Made by a program: the position numbers and the translations under genes. A stretch of DNA of 20,000 nt, from the IMG/VR virus record IMGVR_UViG_3300046832_002586, positions 51,195-71,194 of that record; one strand, written 5' to 3'. A model generated the notes under the pieces. It ran no database searches. It was not told where the DNA came from and saw only the letters and a program-made list of their open reading frames with translations. The DNA comes from an uncultured virus (IMG/VR IMGVR_UViG_3300046832_002586). Taxonomy: Duplodnaviria > Heunggongvirae > Uroviricota > Caudoviricetes. Positions within the stretch are counted from its first letter, which is position 1; the number at the start of each line of letters is the position of its first letter. Shown here piece by piece: positions 16,816 through 20,000 of this stretch.

Positions 16816-16835
16816 TAGTGTTAATAAGATAAACT

Positions 16836-16925
16836 ATGGAACAAGTCTTGGTCATCTCAGCAGTTGTGGTCCTCATCTTCGGGGGACTCATAGTGTATAG
16901 TATATCGGGCAAAGATAAGGAGTAG
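16836..16925 (+). CDS. 29-aa single-pass membrane microprotein (not in ORF track)
   Basis: MEQVLVISAVVVLIFGGLIVYSISGKDKE; hydrophobic helix plus charged tail, behind a consensus promoter. Confidence 0.65.
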   Translation: MEQVLVISAVVVLIFGGLIVYSISGKDKE

Positions 16926-17124
16926 GGCTCACAGGGGGGGACCTGTCACTATGACATGTTGTCCCCCCTTGTTGGGGATGGGGGCTACCCCCTATATGAC
17001 CCCCCCTCCCCCCGTATCCCCCCCATATACCCCTGTCAAAGTGTCAGTTTACCCCTACAATACCAAAAGTGTAGCAAAAAAATTTTTGGGAAAAAAATGA
17101 ACCTTTTTGGACTACTTATTGTAT

Positions 17125-17454
17125 ATGAAATTTCTCATTAAAGAATCACAGTTTGAAAAGATTGTATTCAGGTATCTTGATAGTGTGGATTTGGAACTAA
17201 TTGATGGTAGTAACACTTATGAATTTCATGGTACTCCTGTTATGTCAGACACAATGAGAGATTATCAATCAAGTCGTATTATTGTAGTTTTTAAAGTAGA
17301 TATGGATTGTTATATTAATTCTGATTTTGCTCAGGATATTTGTGATGTATTCTCTTTAACTCCTGGGGAGTCTTTAGATGTTATCGGAAAATGGATTGAA
17401 AATAAATTGGGTATCACTCTCAGTGGTGTTTATTCTGACTTTGGTGCAGATTAA
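17125..17454 (+). CDS. Hypothetical protein with MKFLIKESQ leader
   Basis: Leader motif; TACTTAT 5 nt upstream of ATG 17125. Confidence 0.8.
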   Translation: MKFLIKESQFEKIVFRYLDSVDLELIDGSNTYEFHGTPVMSDTMRDYQSSRIIVVFKVDMDCYINSDFAQDICDVFSLTPGESLDVIGKWIENKLGITLSGVYSDFGAD

Positions 17455-17459
17455 GAAAT

Positions 17460-18014
17460 ATGAAATATATTATTACAGAGCAACAATTAAATGATATTCC
17501 TGAGGAGGAACCTTCCAAGGGGAAGACTGTACGTAGGTTGGTTCAGGATATTGGGTTGACTGAGGTTTCAGAAATCATGGGGGGAATTGACCGTGTTATT
17601 GAATTGGGTTATAATGGAGACCTAATAAAGTTCAGTGAAGAGACAACAACACCAATTGCTTACATGTCAACAGACGGAATGAATTTATATTTACATGAGG
17701 CTTTAGTTAACAAACTTGGACTTGAAAATGTTAATTTTTCACCATCAACTTTTTCAAGACCAAAAACCTTAGGTAAATTTGTATATGGCTCCAAGAATGA
17801 TATACCATATGCATTCACAGCTAACTTAGAACCAATAAGACTTCATAACCAAAAGTATTATAGAGTTGTTGGTTCAAGTGGTGATTCAGGGTTTGGTTAT
17901 GGTTATATTACCAAACGAAACACATTAGGTAAGAGATACAGACAACAAATCTTCAAACAGATAATTGACAAGTATGATTTATTAAAATATATGACGGTAA
18001 AAACATTTTATTAA
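17460..18014 (+). CDS. Hypothetical protein with MKYIITEQQ leader
   Basis: 184-aa ORF with the leader motif, in tandem operon. Confidence 0.85.
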   Translation: MKYIITEQQLNDIPEEEPSKGKTVRRLVQDIGLTEVSEIMGGIDRVIELGYNGDLIKFSEETTTPIAYMSTDGMNLYLHEALVNKLGLENVNFSPSTFSRPKTLGKFVYGSKNDIPYAFTANLEPIRLHNQKYYRVVGSSGDSGFGYGYITKRNTLGKRYRQQIFKQIIDKYDLLKYMTVKTFY

Positions 18015-18016
18015 TC

Positions 18017-18373
18017 ATGAAATACATTATAACAGAAAATCAGTTTGATAGGATTCTTAGTGATGAAAATATTTCCTATATTAATAAAACCACCACAAGG
18101 TTGTTTAATCCCATATATCGTGAAATTCAGGATATTGTTATAACAAAGATGAATATTCTTGGGGACCCCCCTCTTCCCAAGATATACAATGTCTATGTGT
18201 ATGTTAATAATCAGCTTGATAAGAATAGAGAGCTTGAAATAGCCAGAACAATTTATTCATTTATTGAGGATAACTTTTTTATTAAAGTAAGAAACATTGA
18301 GTTTGATTCCGAAGACTTTCATTATAAGGGTAATCCCATTAGAATTAATCCCAATAGAGGACCGATTAACTAA
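18017..18373 (+). CDS. Hypothetical protein with MKYIITENQ leader
   Basis: 118-aa ORF with the leader motif, in tandem operon. Confidence 0.85.
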   Translation: MKYIITENQFDRILSDENISYINKTTTRLFNPIYREIQDIVITKMNILGDPPLPKIYNVYVYVNNQLDKNRELEIARTIYSFIEDNFFIKVRNIEFDSEDFHYKGNPIRINPNRGPIN

Positions 18374-18384
18374 AACAGATTGTC

Positions 18385-18424
18385 TTTCATTTTACACTTT
18401 GCGGGGATTTCATTTTACACTTTG
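18385..18424 (+). repeat. 17-bp direct repeat
   Basis: TTTCATTTTACACTTTG at 18385-18401 and 18408-18424. Confidence 0.8.
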
Positions 18425-18569
18425 TAAAACACGACCCCCCTTTTGAAAAGGGACTCAATATCCATTCTGGAATTTCCGGAAAAATTTTTGAAAAATGGGA
18501 ATATTCCTTATCGGGAATAAATGGGTTAAGGTGGGGGTGTAATATACCCAATACTCCTGAACGGGAATA

Positions 18570-18601
18570 TTTGAGAATTTGAATTTTGTTTTTTATCTTT
18601 G
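18570..18601 (+). promoter_or_regulatory. Bacteroidota-type sigma-A promoter (consensus)
   Basis: TTTG 18570-18573, 20-nt spacer, TATCTTTG 18594-18601, ATG 18606. Confidence 0.7.
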
Positions 18602-18605
18602 TCCT

Positions 18606-18854
18606 ATGGAAAAACTTAGAGTCATTGTTGATGTTGAATTCGTGGAGGAGGGGAGAACTTCCATTCAGGTTCTTCAACCTTTATCCCAAGAACAATTAAC
18701 CAATCAAGATATGGCTCGTATCTTAAGTGGGGGACTTGCCTTATGTATTCGTTCATGTGAGAACGACTCAGAGGTAATGGAAGAGATGATGGATTATCTG
18801 CAAAAGGAATTCGTTAACACAGATTTTCAAATTGGTAAGGTAGGGAAGGTGTAG
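18606..18854 (+). CDS. Hypothetical protein
   Basis: 82 aa from MEKLRVIVD, directly behind the promoter. Confidence 0.8.
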   Translation: MEKLRVIVDVEFVEEGRTSIQVLQPLSQEQLTNQDMARILSGGLALCIRSCENDSEVMEEMMDYLQKEFVNTDFQIGKVGKV

Positions 18855-18916
18855 TGGTTAATATCCTATTTCAAGGAACATTGAGATAGTTTATTATACC
18901 CCCCATATTTATCTAT

Positions 18917-19507
18917 ATGGATTCAAATAGGAAAGAACATATTGTAAATAGAATATTCAATTCTATTTTTCTACCCAAGGCTAAAAAGGAATGGGGTGTT
19001 GATTTGAATCTTAAGATTAATTTGGATAGTAATGACCGTTATGATAAATGGTCATTTGAGTTATTATCTATCCCAAATAAATTGGTATTAAAGAATCCTG
19101 ATGAAAATGGGTGGAACGAAGATAGGTATTGGTTTGTATCTCGTCTTATTAGACACCTTATTAGTGAATCATTGGATTATTCGGGCATTTATAACGATGA
19201 GGATACTTCCCCCCGTAAAACAGTGGAAAGAACATTTTCTCTTGACCGTTTTACCCCCTATGATATTGAAAACTATTATAGGGAATCATCTAATGATAAA
19301 ACCTCGGAACGTAATGCAGATTTACCCTCGTTTATCAGAGATAACATGGGGAACGTCACCTCTAAAAATACGGGAATTAATTATACCGTTTATCCGAATG
19401 GGAGACTTGATGAGGATTGGTATTTCTTGGGGGATATTGAAAATCAAGATTGGTGGGATTCTCTTGATGATGATGTAAAAAGAGAATTTGTAAAATACTT
19501 CGGTTAA
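18917..19507 (+). CDS. Hypothetical protein
   Basis: 196-aa ORF; TATTTAT at 18906-18912. Confidence 0.8.
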   Translation: MDSNRKEHIVNRIFNSIFLPKAKKEWGVDLNLKINLDSNDRYDKWSFELLSIPNKLVLKNPDENGWNEDRYWFVSRLIRHLISESLDYSGIYNDEDTSPRKTVERTFSLDRFTPYDIENYYRESSNDKTSERNADLPSFIRDNMGNVTSKNTGINYTVYPNGRLDEDWYFLGDIENQDWWDSLDDDVKREFVKYFG

Positions 19508-19851
19508 TATTTTAACTCACGTAATCTCTCTAAAGCTTTTTTTCGGGCTAGTTGGTCAAAATACTCATCTACCTTATCGTTATCACCGAGATATGCTAAT
19601 ACCCCATCAGATATTTTCATGCTTCGGTCCCCTTCTCTATATCGTAATTTCCCTTCGTCTAAAATATAACAGTGAACCTGCCCATATTGTAATTCCCCTA
19701 AATAATCTACAGTAATTTCTACACAAATTCGTGGAACTCTCGGAGCGTCAAACAATTTTCTTGGATTGGCAAATAACATTATGGGTCTTGTTTCTATTTT
19801 GACCTCCATACCCATTCCGTCTATGAACTTCTCTAATGCTGGATATTCCAT
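19504..19851 (-). CDS. Hypothetical protein
   Basis: 115-aa ORF; TATTTAT on the minus strand at 19857-19863; 4-nt convergent stop overlap. Confidence 0.75.
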   Translation of the reverse strand: MEYPALEKFIDGMGMEVKIETRPIMLFANPRKLFDAPRVPRICVEITVDYLGELQYGQVHCYILDEGKLRYREGDRSMKISDGVLAYLGDNDKVDEYFDQLARKKALERLRELKY

Positions 19852-20000
19852 ATTTTATAAATATATTTGTTGAGCTAAATTAAATGGGGGGATTAAATGA
19901 GGTACGCCGGTAACGGTTCCCGACTCCCCCTACCCCCTCTTTTCTCCCCCGCCGTTCACCGACCTTCGGTCGGATGTTTCCCCGTCCGAACCCCTTCGGG

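Larger units (their letters stand above)
15345..17100. other. Largely non-coding origin-like / structured zone
   Basis: DnaA-box-like 9-mers, TGACA/TGTCA motifs, nested inverted repeats, G/C homopolymer runs. Confidence 0.4.

Noticed and set aside
16271..19478. ORFs 16271+, 16956+, 18387- and 19101+
   Set aside because: Alternate frames over real genes, or translations of homopolymer/repeat-rich intergenic DNA.
19909..19920. GGTAACGGTTCC as a second copy of the 3879-3892 element
   Set aside because: Short imperfect match without the accompanying hairpins; likely chance.
1..20000. Stop-codon reassignment as in some large phages
   Set aside because: Recognisable genes are intact in the standard code, and TAG ends genes sensibly at 622, 16925 and 18854.

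Overview
AT-rich, gene-dense window that looks like an accessory region of a large (jumbo-type) bacteriophage, probably infecting Bacteroidota. The host inference rests on several TTTG-N19/20-TAnnTTTG promoters, no Shine-Dalgarno sites, and a Bacteroidota-like ECF sigma factor. No capsid, terminase or polymerase genes are present. Recognisable genes: a partial NucA/EndoG nuclease, ECF sigma factor, LpxH-like metallophosphoesterase plus GT2, an ART-like protein, ParB/Srx protein, cyclophilin, a putative restriction endonuclease plus beta-class DNA MTase, DUF262 protein, a glycosyltransferase-like/BKACE/NeuD-like operon, a zinc-ribbon-repeat PD-(D/E)xK nuclease, a GIY-YIG/T5orf172-like protein and an HExxH protein. 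Four higher-order patterns stand out. (1) About 10 unrelated proteins share a short N-terminal leader (MKxIITESQ / MNLQENIxRIKEMMG type), usually with a TATTTAT motif 4-6 nt upstream of the ATG; a decayed, cargo-less copy of this module is also present, suggesting a virion-targeting tag. (2) Seven copies of a ~28-bp hairpin repeat delimit an array of unrelated gene cassettes (6.4-14.2 kb). (3) A ~90-nt three-hairpin element carries two permuted segments of the 23S rRNA H69-H71 sequence. (4) A non-coding origin-like zone (15.3-17.1 kb) has DnaA-box-like motifs, TGACA repeats, GNA-triloop hairpins and G-quadruplex tracts. All functional calls come from motif recognition only; no searches were run.
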